Below, one piece after another: positions 50,946 through 61,163 of a DNA stretch of 64,000 bases. The notes beneath the pieces were generated by a model. That model did no database searches. It was not told the origin of the DNA and was given only the letters and a program-made list of their open reading frames with translations. Both the position numbers and the translations under genes were made by a program. Source of the DNA: an uncultured Methylomirabilota bacterium (GTDB taxonomy: Bacteria; Methylomirabilota; Methylomirabilia; Methylomirabilales; 2-02-FULL-66-22); contig OY970067.1 in NCBI GenBank assembly GCA_963705305.1, positions 992,001 to 1,056,000 on the forward strand. The letters run 5' to 3'. Position 1 is the first letter of the stretch. Each line of letters starts with the position of its first letter.

Positions 50946-51428
50946 TCAGAACCGGAGGATCTGAGCCCCGAACATCCCCATGGGCATTGGGATGAGGAAG
51001 ATCTTTTCAAACAGCCACCAGAACACGAGGGGAATGGGAATGCTGACGAGCAACACGGTTCTCCACCGGAATTGGCCGACCCAGCGGATGTATCCTATCA
51101 GGTAGATCATCGCCGCCACGTAGAGTCCGACCACCTCGGTCAGAAGGACCATCCCGCAGGCCGGGATGAAGACCGTGAGGACCGGCTTCATTCCCCCGGG
51201 GGGGACGAAGCGCTTCTCGCCCTTCACCGACGAGGTCCCCTTGGTGGCCTGCCGCATGATGATGAGGCAGCCGCCCACGACCAGGACGGCCATCAGCATC
51301 GGGAAGAACCCGGCCTGGGGTCCGTCGGCCCCCCAGCCGGCCCCCAGCTGGTAGGAATCCCAGCCCACCACCAGGCCGAGGGCTAAGAGGATCGCCGCCA
51401 CCAGAAGATCCGCCGACTTATTAGTCAT
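50946..51428 (-). CDS. tctB: Tripartite tricarboxylate transporter small subunit
   Basis: GP.AGFFP; four TM helices; lies between tctC and tctA. Confidence 0.88.
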   Translation of the reverse strand: MTNKSADLLVAAILLALGLVVGWDSYQLGAGWGADGPQAGFFPMLMAVLVVGGCLIIMRQATKGTSSVKGEKRFVPPGGMKPVLTVFIPACGMVLLTEVVGLYVAAMIYLIGYIRWVGQFRWRTVLLVSIPIPLVFWWLFEKIFLIPMPMGMFGAQILRF

Positions 51429-51536
51429 TACTGCTCCTTCCTTGCCGACAAACTCACGATGGGCTGCTCCGATCTCAGAAGGAGTCCCCGGGAAGAAACG
51501 GCCCTCCTCCCCGGGGCTCCAAGCCGCCGCCCTCAG

Positions 51537-52538
51537 CTACTTCTTCAGCAAGCCGCCTTTTGCCATGAGCTCCTTGGTCATGGCATCCTTCTCTTCCAGC
51601 CACTTCACGTACTCGTCCCCGGAGAGGAAGGCGCCCTTGAGCGCATACTTCTCCAGATAGTCCTTCCACGAGGCGGTCTCCGTCACCTTCTTGAACAGGG
51701 AGACATAGCCCTCCTGAACGTCCTTGCCGATCTTGGGGGCAGCAAAGATGCCGCGGAGCATCATGTATTCCAGATCCACGCCTGTTGCCTCCTTCAGGGT
51801 CGGGATCTTATCCCACATCGGCAGGTGGATCCGATCGTGGGCGATCACCGCCAGGGGGCGCAGCTTCCCGGCCCGCCAGTGGCTGACGGCCTCGGCCGGA
51901 TTGTTCACCGTCGAGTCGATGTGCTTCCCCACCAGCTCCACTGCCACCGTTCCGCCCCCCTTGAAGGGCACGTAGGCGAACTTCAGGCCGAAGGCCTGCT
52001 CCAACTGCACGGTGATGATCTGGTCCTCCTGCTTGGTGCCAGTGCCGCCCATCTTGAACTTGCCCGGGGCCTTCTTCACGGCGTCGAAGTATTCCGTCGC
52101 CGTCTTGTACGGAGAATCCGCGTTCACCCACAGCACGAACCAGTCCAGGGCCAGGCGCGCGATCGGGGTCATGTCCTTCCAGCTGAAGGGCACCCCGGTC
52201 GCCAGGGGGGTCGTGAAGAGGTTGTCGAGGGTGATGATGACCATGTTGTCGTCGCCGGGCTTGCCCTTCATGTACATGAACCCTTCCGCCCCGGCGCCGC
52301 CCGCCCGGTTGACCACGATCCACGGCACGTCAGTGATCTTGTCCTTCTGGAAGAGGGGGGAGATGTAGCGGGCCATGATGTCGGCCCCGCCGCCGGTCCC
52401 TGCCGGAACGTTGAATTCCACCGGCTTCGTCGGCTGCCATTCGGCATTCGCCGCACTGCTCCACACGACCGGGATCGCCACGACCAGAGCTGCCACGGCG
52501 ACCCACACCCACACTGTCCGTCTGCACTTTCCTACCAT
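51537..52538 (-). CDS. tctC: Tripartite tricarboxylate transporter substrate-binding protein (Bug/TctC)
   Basis: Signal peptide; PAGTGGGAD..AR, NRAGGAG and VPFKGGG. Confidence 0.92.
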   Translation of the reverse strand: MVGKCRRTVWVWVAVAALVVAIPVVWSSAANAEWQPTKPVEFNVPAGTGGGADIMARYISPLFQKDKITDVPWIVVNRAGGAGAEGFMYMKGKPGDDNMVIITLDNLFTTPLATGVPFSWKDMTPIARLALDWFVLWVNADSPYKTATEYFDAVKKAPGKFKMGGTGTKQEDQIITVQLEQAFGLKFAYVPFKGGGTVAVELVGKHIDSTVNNPAEAVSHWRAGKLRPLAVIAHDRIHLPMWDKIPTLKEATGVDLEYMMLRGIFAAPKIGKDVQEGYVSLFKKVTETASWKDYLEKYALKGAFLSGDEYVKWLEEKDAMTKELMAKGGLLKK

Positions 52539-52885
52539 GTCCTTCCTCCTTATGCCCGCCGCGACTTATGACATTAATTTGGGCGACCGCTCCCGGGCCC
52601 GCGGCGGCGCCCAGGATTTCGAGGGCCCCTCACCATCCCTTATATCTCGACCCTGACACCCGGCATGACCCTCCACGCCGAGCGTACGGGAGGTTGCCGA
52701 TTGTTGCCGCCGGAAGAAGGCATCTTGCTATCCGCCACCAGCGATTCACGATCTTCCGTTGTGAATCCCTCCACCGGCAGCCCCGTTGCCAGGGGGACTG
52801 CGATGAGATTTATGCCCTCAGGGGCCACGAGCCGCCTCGGGGGGTCAAGCAAACACTTGAGGGAATGATTAGGAGGCGGCGCGCC

Positions 52886-53347
52886 CTAGCAGAGCCGAGA
52901 GGAATCCCATGCCGGGTCGGGGACCTCCCGGCCCGCGGAGGATGCTTCCCGGAAGAGACAGGATCGAGATAGGGTTCGAATGTGTTCGGAGGCGAATGGC
53001 TTTGCGGTGCACGCTTGGGTGCATGGCGGTGATTTGGGAGCGGTCGGCAGGCGCAGCGACTGGCGGGCGAGGCGTGGTGAGGTCGGCGGCGGTGGAGGGT
53101 CACCGGGCCGGCCGAGCATCCGGATCTGGGCGAGCTCTGCCTCCCCCCCCGTCGGACTCTCGGCCACAGGGGTGCTGGGATCCGAGTCGTCCAGATCCAG
53201 GAGATCCTGTGGCGTCACGCTGCCCAGCAGAAAGATGGCGAACAGGACGGCGCCCCACAACACCCACGACCGTCGTTTGAGCTCCGCACTGAAATGCACT
53301 GCGACGCTCCAAGACGAGGGGGCCGTGCCCGTCTCGCCCTTCCGCAC
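52886..53347 (-). CDS. Small membrane protein (DLLDLDDS ... DPA), paralog of 38846-39232
   Basis: TM segment, then DLLDLDDS, then an Arg-rich tail with PDPA near the end. Confidence 0.5.
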   Translation of the reverse strand: MRKGETGTAPSSWSVAVHFSAELKRRSWVLWGAVLFAIFLLGSVTPQDLLDLDDSDPSTPVAESPTGGEAELAQIRMLGRPGDPPPPPTSPRLARQSLRLPTAPKSPPCTQACTAKPFASEHIRTLSRSCLFREASSAGREVPDPAWDSSRLC

Positions 53348-53571
53348 GGTCCGTCAGCCGGTCGGGCGATCGAGCACGGCGGGAGTTTTCAGGCTTCTCC
53401 GGCCGCTCGGCGCTCTTGCTGCAAAATCAGTCTAGCAAACACTGACGCGTGAACGCAAGGCTCGATGGGGTGCGGGGCGGGGGAGAATGTCCGCATCCTC
53501 CCCCGCCCCGCCGTTTTCTCTTCATGCCGCGCGCTTCGATGCGTGCCGCGCCGCATGTGTGCCGATCGACG

Positions 53572-54597
<1,026 letters not shown>

Positions 54598-54630
54598 TCA
54601 GGCCTTCACGTGATCTGCCATCCTGGCCGG

Positions 54631-55821
54631 CTACTCCTTCTCGAAGCCGACCCAGTGCGTCCGCTTGCAGGCCTTGCCGTCCTTGGCGGCCTTGGCCAGA
54701 TGCTTCGCCATGTACTCGAAGTGCTCGATCTCCACGACCTCGCCGCCCAGGCCGGCCATGAAGGAGGTCACCACCGGCCGCTTCGGCTGGTCGTACAGGG
54801 AGGTGCACACCTCGAACATCAGGCCGCCGCCCATGGTGGCGCCGCCGAACGAGGTCTGGGTCTCGACCACGCCCACTGCCTTCACCTTGCTGAGGGCCGC
54901 GGCCACCGCCTCGGTCGGCCAGGGGCGCACGAACCGGAGCTTGGCCATGCCGATCTTCACCCCCTGCTTCCGCAGCTTCTGGATAGCGGAGCGGGCGGTC
55001 GACGCATGCGCGCCCTGGATGAAGATGGCGTACTCGGCGTCGTCCAGCATGTACTCCTCGACGAAGGGGGAGTACTTCCGGCCGAAGATCCGGCTGAAGT
55101 CATCCAGGGCCTCCTTGATGACGGCCGGGACCGCCATCATGGCCTGTGCCCGCGCCAGCTCCAGGGCGTCGCCCTGGTCGGGGCGGATCTGGGGGCTGTG
55201 CGAGATGGGCTTCTTGGGATCCAGCCGGTGGTCCATCTTGAGGGGGGGCAGGAACTCGTCCACCTGCTTCTGGTCCGGCAGAACCACCTTGCCCGGGATG
55301 TGGGAGACGAAGTAGCCGTCCTGGCAGACGAACTGCGGCAGGTAGATCCGCGGGTCCTCGCCCACCCGGTAGTTGATCAGGTGGTTGTCGAAGGCCTCCT
55401 GCGGGTCCTCGGCCCAGCCCATGAGCCAGCCCATGTCGCGGGCGCAGAAGATGTCCGTGTGCTCCGACCCGAAATCGCCGGGCGGATCCAGGGTCCGGTC
55501 GGCCACCATCATCTGCAACGGCAGGCGGGCGCCGGCGATGGGGGAATAGACCTCGTACGCGTAGGTGCAGCCCACACCGGAGCTTCCGGTGAAGGCCCGG
55601 GCGCCGCAGGCCGAGGCGCCGTACACGACCGAAAGCTGCGCGTGCTCGCCCTCGGCATGCACGAACTCGGCGTCCAGCTCGCCATTCGCCACCAGCTTCG
55701 CCAGCTCCATCATCACCGCCGTGTAGGGGCGGATGGGATAAGAACTGATCACCTCAACCTTGGCGTACTTGGCCGCCTGGGCCGAGGCTGCGCATCCGCT
55801 GATCATCACTTCCTTCGCCAT
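54631..55821 (-). CDS. oorA: Oxalate oxidoreductase alpha subunit
   Basis: YPIRPYT (Arg in place of Thr of PFOR YPITP), EGEHAQLSVVYGAS and DRTLDPPGDFG. Confidence 0.87.
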   Translation of the reverse strand: MAKEVMISGCAASAQAAKYAKVEVISSYPIRPYTAVMMELAKLVANGELDAEFVHAEGEHAQLSVVYGASACGARAFTGSSGVGCTYAYEVYSPIAGARLPLQMMVADRTLDPPGDFGSEHTDIFCARDMGWLMGWAEDPQEAFDNHLINYRVGEDPRIYLPQFVCQDGYFVSHIPGKVVLPDQKQVDEFLPPLKMDHRLDPKKPISHSPQIRPDQGDALELARAQAMMAVPAVIKEALDDFSRIFGRKYSPFVEEYMLDDAEYAIFIQGAHASTARSAIQKLRKQGVKIGMAKLRFVRPWPTEAVAAALSKVKAVGVVETQTSFGGATMGGGLMFEVCTSLYDQPKRPVVTSFMAGLGGEVVEIEHFEYMAKHLAKAAKDGKACKRTHWVGFEKE

Positions 55822-55832
55822 GGTTTCCCTCC

Positions 55833-56159
55833 TTAGAACGGCTTCTCAAGTCGGACGACGCCATCCTCGAAATCCAGCTCGTGGGCCTTGGAGAGCGCCC
55901 CGTGTGTGCACTCGGCGACGCAGATCAGGCAGCCCTTGCAGTACTCGGCGTTCCACTCAACCTCCGTCCCTTCCTCGTTCAACTGCCAGCAGGCATCGGG
56001 ACAGTAGGCCACGCAGCTCAGGCACAGGTTGCACTCCTCCCGGTTGATGACCGGGCGGTAGATGCGCCAGTTGCCCGTGATCATCATGCGCTGCTCTTTC
56101 ACCGGCGCCGGCGTGCAGCCGGCGAACGGCACCCGCTTTTGCTCCAGAATTACGAACAT
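55833..56159 (-). CDS. 2x[4Fe-4S] ferredoxin-like (delta) subunit of the oxalate oxidoreductase
   Basis: TGNWR..RP; CNLCLSCVAYCP and CKGCLICVAEC. Confidence 0.85.
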   Translation of the reverse strand: MFVILEQKRVPFAGCTPAPVKEQRMMITGNWRIYRPVINREECNLCLSCVAYCPDACWQLNEEGTEVEWNAEYCKGCLICVAECTHGALSKAHELDFEDGVVRLEKPF

Positions 56160-56189
56160 AACCTATCCTCCTTTGGAAGAACGTGGGCC

Positions 56190-56798
56190 CTAGTTGAGGG
56201 TCTTCACCACGGCCTGCTCGTAGCCGCGCTTCAACGCTTCCTTGTTCGCGACCACCTGCTCCAGGCTGCCCAGCTTCACCAGGCCGGTGCCCTTGGCCAG
56301 GGCGCCCAGGATCGGGGCCGCCACGCCGGCGCCCAGAGAGGTGGCGTCAATGCCGCCCTCGGTTCCGGAGAAGTCGATGGTGCTCGAGCCGGCGATCCCG
56401 TCGGCATCCACGCACACGAGCGCCTTGAGCAAGTTCTTGTTGGGAACGAACTTCAGGATGTCCTCCGGCTTCCGGTTGGTGTTGACCACCAGGACGCCGC
56501 CCTTGGCCATCCCGAGCAGGACGTTCATCCCCTTCACGATGGCGTCGGTGACCAGCACCACCACCTCGGGATGCTTGTTCTCGTACTCGTAGCGCATCTC
56601 GATCTCTGCGTCGCTGATGCGCGCGTATTTCCGGACGGGGACGTTGACGCGGTCCGGAAGGTCCACGTAGTTGTCGAAGGCCTGGACGAATTTCCCTTCC
56701 TTCGCCCCGGCCAGGGCCAAGCCATTGGCGACGTCCCGGCCTTCCTTGTCCTTGACGACCCCCGATGTCCACACCGTAATTTCACGTACCTGAGCCAT
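56190..56798 (-). CDS. Gamma-type subunit of the oxalate oxidoreductase
   Basis: GKFVQAFDNYVDLPDRV.VP..KYARIS and LVVNT. Confidence 0.85.
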   Translation of the reverse strand: MAQVREITVWTSGVVKDKEGRDVANGLALAGAKEGKFVQAFDNYVDLPDRVNVPVRKYARISDAEIEMRYEYENKHPEVVVLVTDAIVKGMNVLLGMAKGGVLVVNTNRKPEDILKFVPNKNLLKALVCVDADGIAGSSTIDFSGTEGGIDATSLGAGVAAPILGALAKGTGLVKLGSLEQVVANKEALKRGYEQAVVKTLN

Positions 56799-56842
56799 AC
56801 TCGCCTCCTTTGGCAGGACTGTAGCGAAAAAGCGCCGGTCCC

Positions 56843-59038
56843 CTACACGACAGAATTCCCGCGCCTCACCTCCCTCTCCAGGGCCCGCGTCCCGGGCCGC
56901 GTGGACTCGACCGTACTTGCCACCTGTGCCTGGGCGTCCTGCATGTGCCGCCAGGCAACGCGGAAGGCCGCAGCCGGCCCGAGCCGTTGTTCCTCCAGTG
57001 CCAGGATGGCCGCCTTCTTACACAAAAGCTCCAGGTCGGCCCCGGTCCACCCCGGCGTAATTTCGGCGATGCGCGCCAAACTGATATCCGTTTCGAGCGG
57101 CATGCCGTCCGTGTAGATCCCGAGGATCTCGCGCCGCTCCGCCTCGGTGGGAAGCGGCAGCTCCAGCACGTAATCGAAACGGCCGGCGCGCAAAAGCGCC
57201 GGCTCCAGCAAATCCGGCCGGTTGGTCGCCCCGATGACCATCAGCCCCAGCGAGCCGTGCAGATCGTCCAGCTCGCGGAAGAGCTGGCTGACCAGGCGCG
57301 GGAAGTGACTCCCGGCCTCGTGCATGGACCGGGCCGGCGCCAGCGCCTCGATCTCGTCGAAGAAGACAATGCAGGGGGAGGCCTGCTTGGCCCGCTTGAA
57401 GACCTCGTGGAGCCCCTTCTCCGACTCGCCCACCCACTTGGAGAGCAGGCTGGGCTGATCCACCGTGATGAGGGTGAGCGCCAGGTCCCCGGCCAGGGCG
57501 CGGGCCAGCATCGTCTTGCCCGTTCCCGACGGGCCGGTCAGCAGGATCCCCTTGGGCGGGTTGAAGCGCGCCTGGGCCGAGATGGCGCCTCCCTGCCGCA
57601 TCAGCTCCAGAATGGTGCGGAGGGTGCGCTTGGTCTCGGCGAGCCCGCCGACGTCCTTCAGGGTGATCCGGGGCCGCTCGGCCAGGAATTCCCGGGTGGC
57701 GGTGGGCTCCACCATCTTGAAGGCCTCCAGGAAATCCTGCTGCGTGATTTGCACGGTCTCGGCGGCCAGCGTCGGCTTTTCCTCGCCCACCTCGAACCGG
57801 ATCTGCGGGATGAGCCGGCGCAGGGCCACCATGCCCGCCTCCTTGCAGAGGACGGCCAGGTCCGCGCCGACGTAGCCGTGGGTGAACTTGGCGATCTCTT
57901 CCAGGTCCACGTCCGCGGCCAGCGGCATGCGCTTGGAATGGATGCCCAGGATCTGGCGCCGGGCGACGAGGTTCGGAACACCGATGCTGATCTCGCGATC
58001 GAAGCGGCCGGGGCGGCGCAGAGCCGGATCCAAAAGCTCGGGCATGTTGGTGGCCCCGATCACGACCACCTCGCCGCGCTCCACCAGGCCGTCCATCAGG
58101 GCCAGGAGCTGGGCCACCACGCGCTTCTCCACGTCCCCGACGACCTGGGAGCGCTTGGGCGCCACCGCGTCCATCTCGTCCAGGAAGATGATGCTGGGGG
58201 CGTTGCGCCGGGCCTCCTCGAACACCTGGCGGAGCTTGGCCTCGCTCTCGCCGTAGTACTTGTGGATGACCTCCGGCCCGCTCACGTGGATGAAGTGTGC
58301 CCGCACCTCGTTGGAAATGGCCCGGGCGATCAGGGTCTTCCCCGTGCCCGGGGGGCCGACCAGGAGCACCCCCTTGGGAGGATCGATCCCCAGCAGGCCG
58401 AAGATCTCCGGCAGCTTCAAGGGCAGCTCGATCATCTCCCGCACCAGCCGGAGCTCGCGATCCAGACCGCCGATGTCCTCGTACGAGACCCGGTAGGCCC
58501 GGTCGCCCGAGACGTCGGGGGCCCGGAAGGAAATAACCGTCTCCTCGTTGATCAGGATCGCGCCGCGGGGCGAGGCCCCCTCGACCGTGAAGGATCGGGG
58601 CCTTGACCCGAGGAATGTCACCTGCAGGTTGTCGCCGAGGACAACGGGGATTCCGGAGAGGAGGTGGCGGAGGTGGGGAACCTCCTCTTCCTTGGGCATC
58701 GGCAGGCCGGCCTGGACGGGGGACAGAAGCAGCGAGGTCGCGGGCTTGAAGGGGACCTTGCGGACGGTGGACCACTCGTCGATGCCGATCTGGGCGTTGG
58801 CCCGCGTGGTCCCGTCGATCATGATGATCTGCTGCCCCCGGTGGGTGGGGGGCAGCTCGGCCGCCCGGGCCACGGTCGAGCGGCGGCCCGTGATCATCAG
58901 GACGTCCCCCGGGAAGGCGTGCAGCCGCACGAGATCGTCCGTGTCCAGGCGGGCCATCCCCTTGCCCACGTCGTCCGTGAAGGCTTCCTGCACGCGGTAC
59001 TGCAGGCCGCTGGCGCTGGTGGTGGCTGGTTCGGTCAC
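56843..59038 (-). CDS. CDC48/p97/VAT-family double AAA+ ATPase
   Basis: N-domain (DVGKGMARL); D1 YEDIGGL, GPPGTGKT, DEMD and RRPGRFD; D2 GPSGTGKT, KWVGESE and FFDEIE. Confidence 0.92.
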   Translation of the reverse strand: MTEPATTSASGLQYRVQEAFTDDVGKGMARLDTDDLVRLHAFPGDVLMITGRRSTVARAAELPPTHRGQQIIMIDGTTRANAQIGIDEWSTVRKVPFKPATSLLLSPVQAGLPMPKEEEVPHLRHLLSGIPVVLGDNLQVTFLGSRPRSFTVEGASPRGAILINEETVISFRAPDVSGDRAYRVSYEDIGGLDRELRLVREMIELPLKLPEIFGLLGIDPPKGVLLVGPPGTGKTLIARAISNEVRAHFIHVSGPEVIHKYYGESEAKLRQVFEEARRNAPSIIFLDEMDAVAPKRSQVVGDVEKRVVAQLLALMDGLVERGEVVVIGATNMPELLDPALRRPGRFDREISIGVPNLVARRQILGIHSKRMPLAADVDLEEIAKFTHGYVGADLAVLCKEAGMVALRRLIPQIRFEVGEEKPTLAAETVQITQQDFLEAFKMVEPTATREFLAERPRITLKDVGGLAETKRTLRTILELMRQGGAISAQARFNPPKGILLTGPSGTGKTMLARALAGDLALTLITVDQPSLLSKWVGESEKGLHEVFKRAKQASPCIVFFDEIEALAPARSMHEAGSHFPRLVSQLFRELDDLHGSLGLMVIGATNRPDLLEPALLRAGRFDYVLELPLPTEAERREILGIYTDGMPLETDISLARIAEITPGWTGADLELLCKKAAILALEEQRLGPAAAFRVAWRHMQDAQAQVASTVESTRPGTRALEREVRRGNSVV

Positions 59039-59811
59039 GCGCCCACTCCCGCCGCCGGCTGGCCGTCAGCTTTCAGGGCCGGCGCCTCCTTTTCCCGCGA
59101 GGCGAAGACCAGCCGCTCCATCTCTTCCAGATGTTCGTACATCCGCTGCTCGGCCCCCTCGGCATCGCCCTTCTCGATGGCGCGGAGTATGGCCCGGTGG
59201 TTCCGGAGCGACCGGCCCGGCCGGTCGTTCAGCTGCACCGACGCCTCTCGCGTCTCGCGCAGCATATCCATGAGATTGGTCATGATCTGGAACAGCACCT
59301 CGTTCCCGGCGGCCTCTGTCAGCCGGAAATGAAAATCGGTGTCCGCCTTGAGCCCGGTCTTCCCGTCCGCAACGTCGGCCTCCTGCCGGGCCAGGGCCTC
59401 CCGCATGCGCTCTACCTGCTCGGGCGTGGCCCGGAGCGCCGCAAACGCGGCCAGGTCGGGCTCGATCACCCGGCGAACCTCGAAGAGCTTTCGCTGGTTG
59501 CGCCAGAACTGAAGCAGGCTGGCGGCAATGGCACCGTTTGGATGGCTGCCCGTGCCGTCGGCGAGAAAGGTTCCTTCCCCCGGCCGCGTGTCGACCATCC
59601 CGAGGGACTCCATGGACCGAATCGCTTCCCGCACCGTCGATCGGCCCACCCCCAGCGTCTGGGCCAGCTCGCGCTCGGCGGGCAGGCGATCACCCGGCTT
59701 CAGTCCTCCCGAGGTGATCAATTCCCTCACCTGGTCGATGATTTCCTCCGATGCTCTGGTCTTGCGAACGGCGCGGAAGGCCTTGTGACTCACGGATTTG
59801 ATGGTCGCCAT
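59035..59811 (-). CDS. GntR/FadR-family transcriptional regulator
   Basis: LKPGDRLPAERELAQ.LGVGRSTVREA; FCD domain with D..FH and H..I. Confidence 0.93.
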   Translation of the reverse strand: MATIKSVSHKAFRAVRKTRASEEIIDQVRELITSGGLKPGDRLPAERELAQTLGVGRSTVREAIRSMESLGMVDTRPGEGTFLADGTGSHPNGAIAASLLQFWRNQRKLFEVRRVIEPDLAAFAALRATPEQVERMREALARQEADVADGKTGLKADTDFHFRLTEAAGNEVLFQIMTNLMDMLRETREASVQLNDRPGRSLRNHRAILRAIEKGDAEGAEQRMYEHLEEMERLVFASREKEAPALKADGQPAAGVGA

Positions 59812-59908
59812 CTCATTCACGGCACCCGGCCTGAAAACCCCGGATCCCGGCTCCACAAAAGAGACTCCCCCATCGCCGCGTCATCCGATTGGGAATTCGG
59901 AGTGCGTA

Positions 59909-60020
59909 GGTCAGGAAAGGTTATATGGCCAGATGGTCGGCTGGCCTGACCACACCTACAATATGCAACGGACATCGCGCCGCGTCAAGACCAATAATTA
60001 TAGAAACTTATATGACCAGA
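59909..60020 (-). promoter_or_regulatory. sigma70 promoter TTGACG-N17-CATATT (59988-59960) with FadR-type operator half-sites
   Basis: TGGCCTGACCA at 59942-59952 plus repeated TGGCC/TGGTC/GACCA half-sites. Confidence 0.6.
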
Positions 60021-60112
60021 CTAGTCTGAATAGGTGAGCGAAGCGATCTCAGCCTCCCATCACTGGAGGCAGGAACATCGCGCCGGAAGGAAGGAATTTA
60101 GCGCGGCAGACT

Positions 60113-60874
60113 TCACACCACCGGCTGGAGTACCGTCACTCCACAGTCGACCAGCAGGGTGTGCGCCGTGATGCCGGTTGCGTCGCATGCGAGGTACAGG
60201 GCCGCATTAGCGATGTCGTCCACATTGGGGATCCGACCCATGGGGCTCACCTGGATGTTCTTCTCGACCACCTCCCGGGGCCAATCCGTGAAACCCGTAT
60301 CCAGAAAGCCGGGCGCAATGGCGTTCACGCGGATGTTGTCCTTGGCGAACGCGCGGGCCAGGGATTTCGTGATCGTTCCCAGAGCGGCCTTGGAGGCGCC
60401 GTAGATTATCGAGCTCCCGGCCCCCTGGTAGGCCGCAATCGAGGTGATATTCACGATAGCACCGCCGCCCGTCTTGATCAGGTGCGGGATGGCGGCCCGC
60501 GAGCAGTAGATGGGCCCCTTGACGTTGACCGCCCAGGTCCGCTCGAGAACCTCCTCCGTCAGGCCGTCGAGGTCGCGATGGGGGGTAATCTTGCTCCAGC
60601 CCGCGTTGTTCACCAGGATGTCCAGGCGGCCCAGCTTGTCAACCGTCTCCCGCACCAGCCGGCGCGCCTCACTATCCTGGGACACGTCGGCCTTGACGGC
60701 AAACGCCCGGCGGCCGAGCTTGCAGATCGCCTCGGCGGTCTCCTCTCCCGCTTTCTGCCGCCGGGAGTAGTTCACAATCACATTCGCCCCTTCCTGGGCG
60801 AACTTCAGGGAGATCGCGCGGCCCATTCCCGTCCCCCCGCCCGTCACCAATGCCGCCTTGCCCATCAGCTTCAT
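60113..60874 (-). CDS. Short-chain dehydrogenase/reductase (FabG-like)
   Basis: TGGGTGMG, NNAG, YGASK and VNAIAPG. Confidence 0.92.
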   Translation of the reverse strand: MKLMGKAALVTGGGTGMGRAISLKFAQEGANVIVNYSRRQKAGEETAEAICKLGRRAFAVKADVSQDSEARRLVRETVDKLGRLDILVNNAGWSKITPHRDLDGLTEEVLERTWAVNVKGPIYCSRAAIPHLIKTGGGAIVNITSIAAYQGAGSSIIYGASKAALGTITKSLARAFAKDNIRVNAIAPGFLDTGFTDWPREVVEKNIQVSPMGRIPNVDDIANAALYLACDATGITAHTLLVDCGVTVLQPVV

Positions 60875-61163
60875 TGCTCGCTCCTGATCCTGGCGTTGAA
60901 CAGTGTTAATCGCCTGGCGGATCTGTCTTCCGGCTGTCGGCAGGAATGGCAATCCCGGCCGAGGCCATTTCGAAATATACCATGACTCGCAGGAGGGCGC
61001 CATGCAAAGCCAGGAGAGGCGAGCGCGATTGCGGGGCTGGACAGCCAGCCGTGTTCGGGCGGGACCCAAAAAGCGTCGCCCCGGGCCCATTCGGCAATGT
61101 GGGTCCGGGGCGACACGAGAGACCGGCCTGCCCCGGAGGGTCTCGGGCGGGCCGGGGAAGAGC

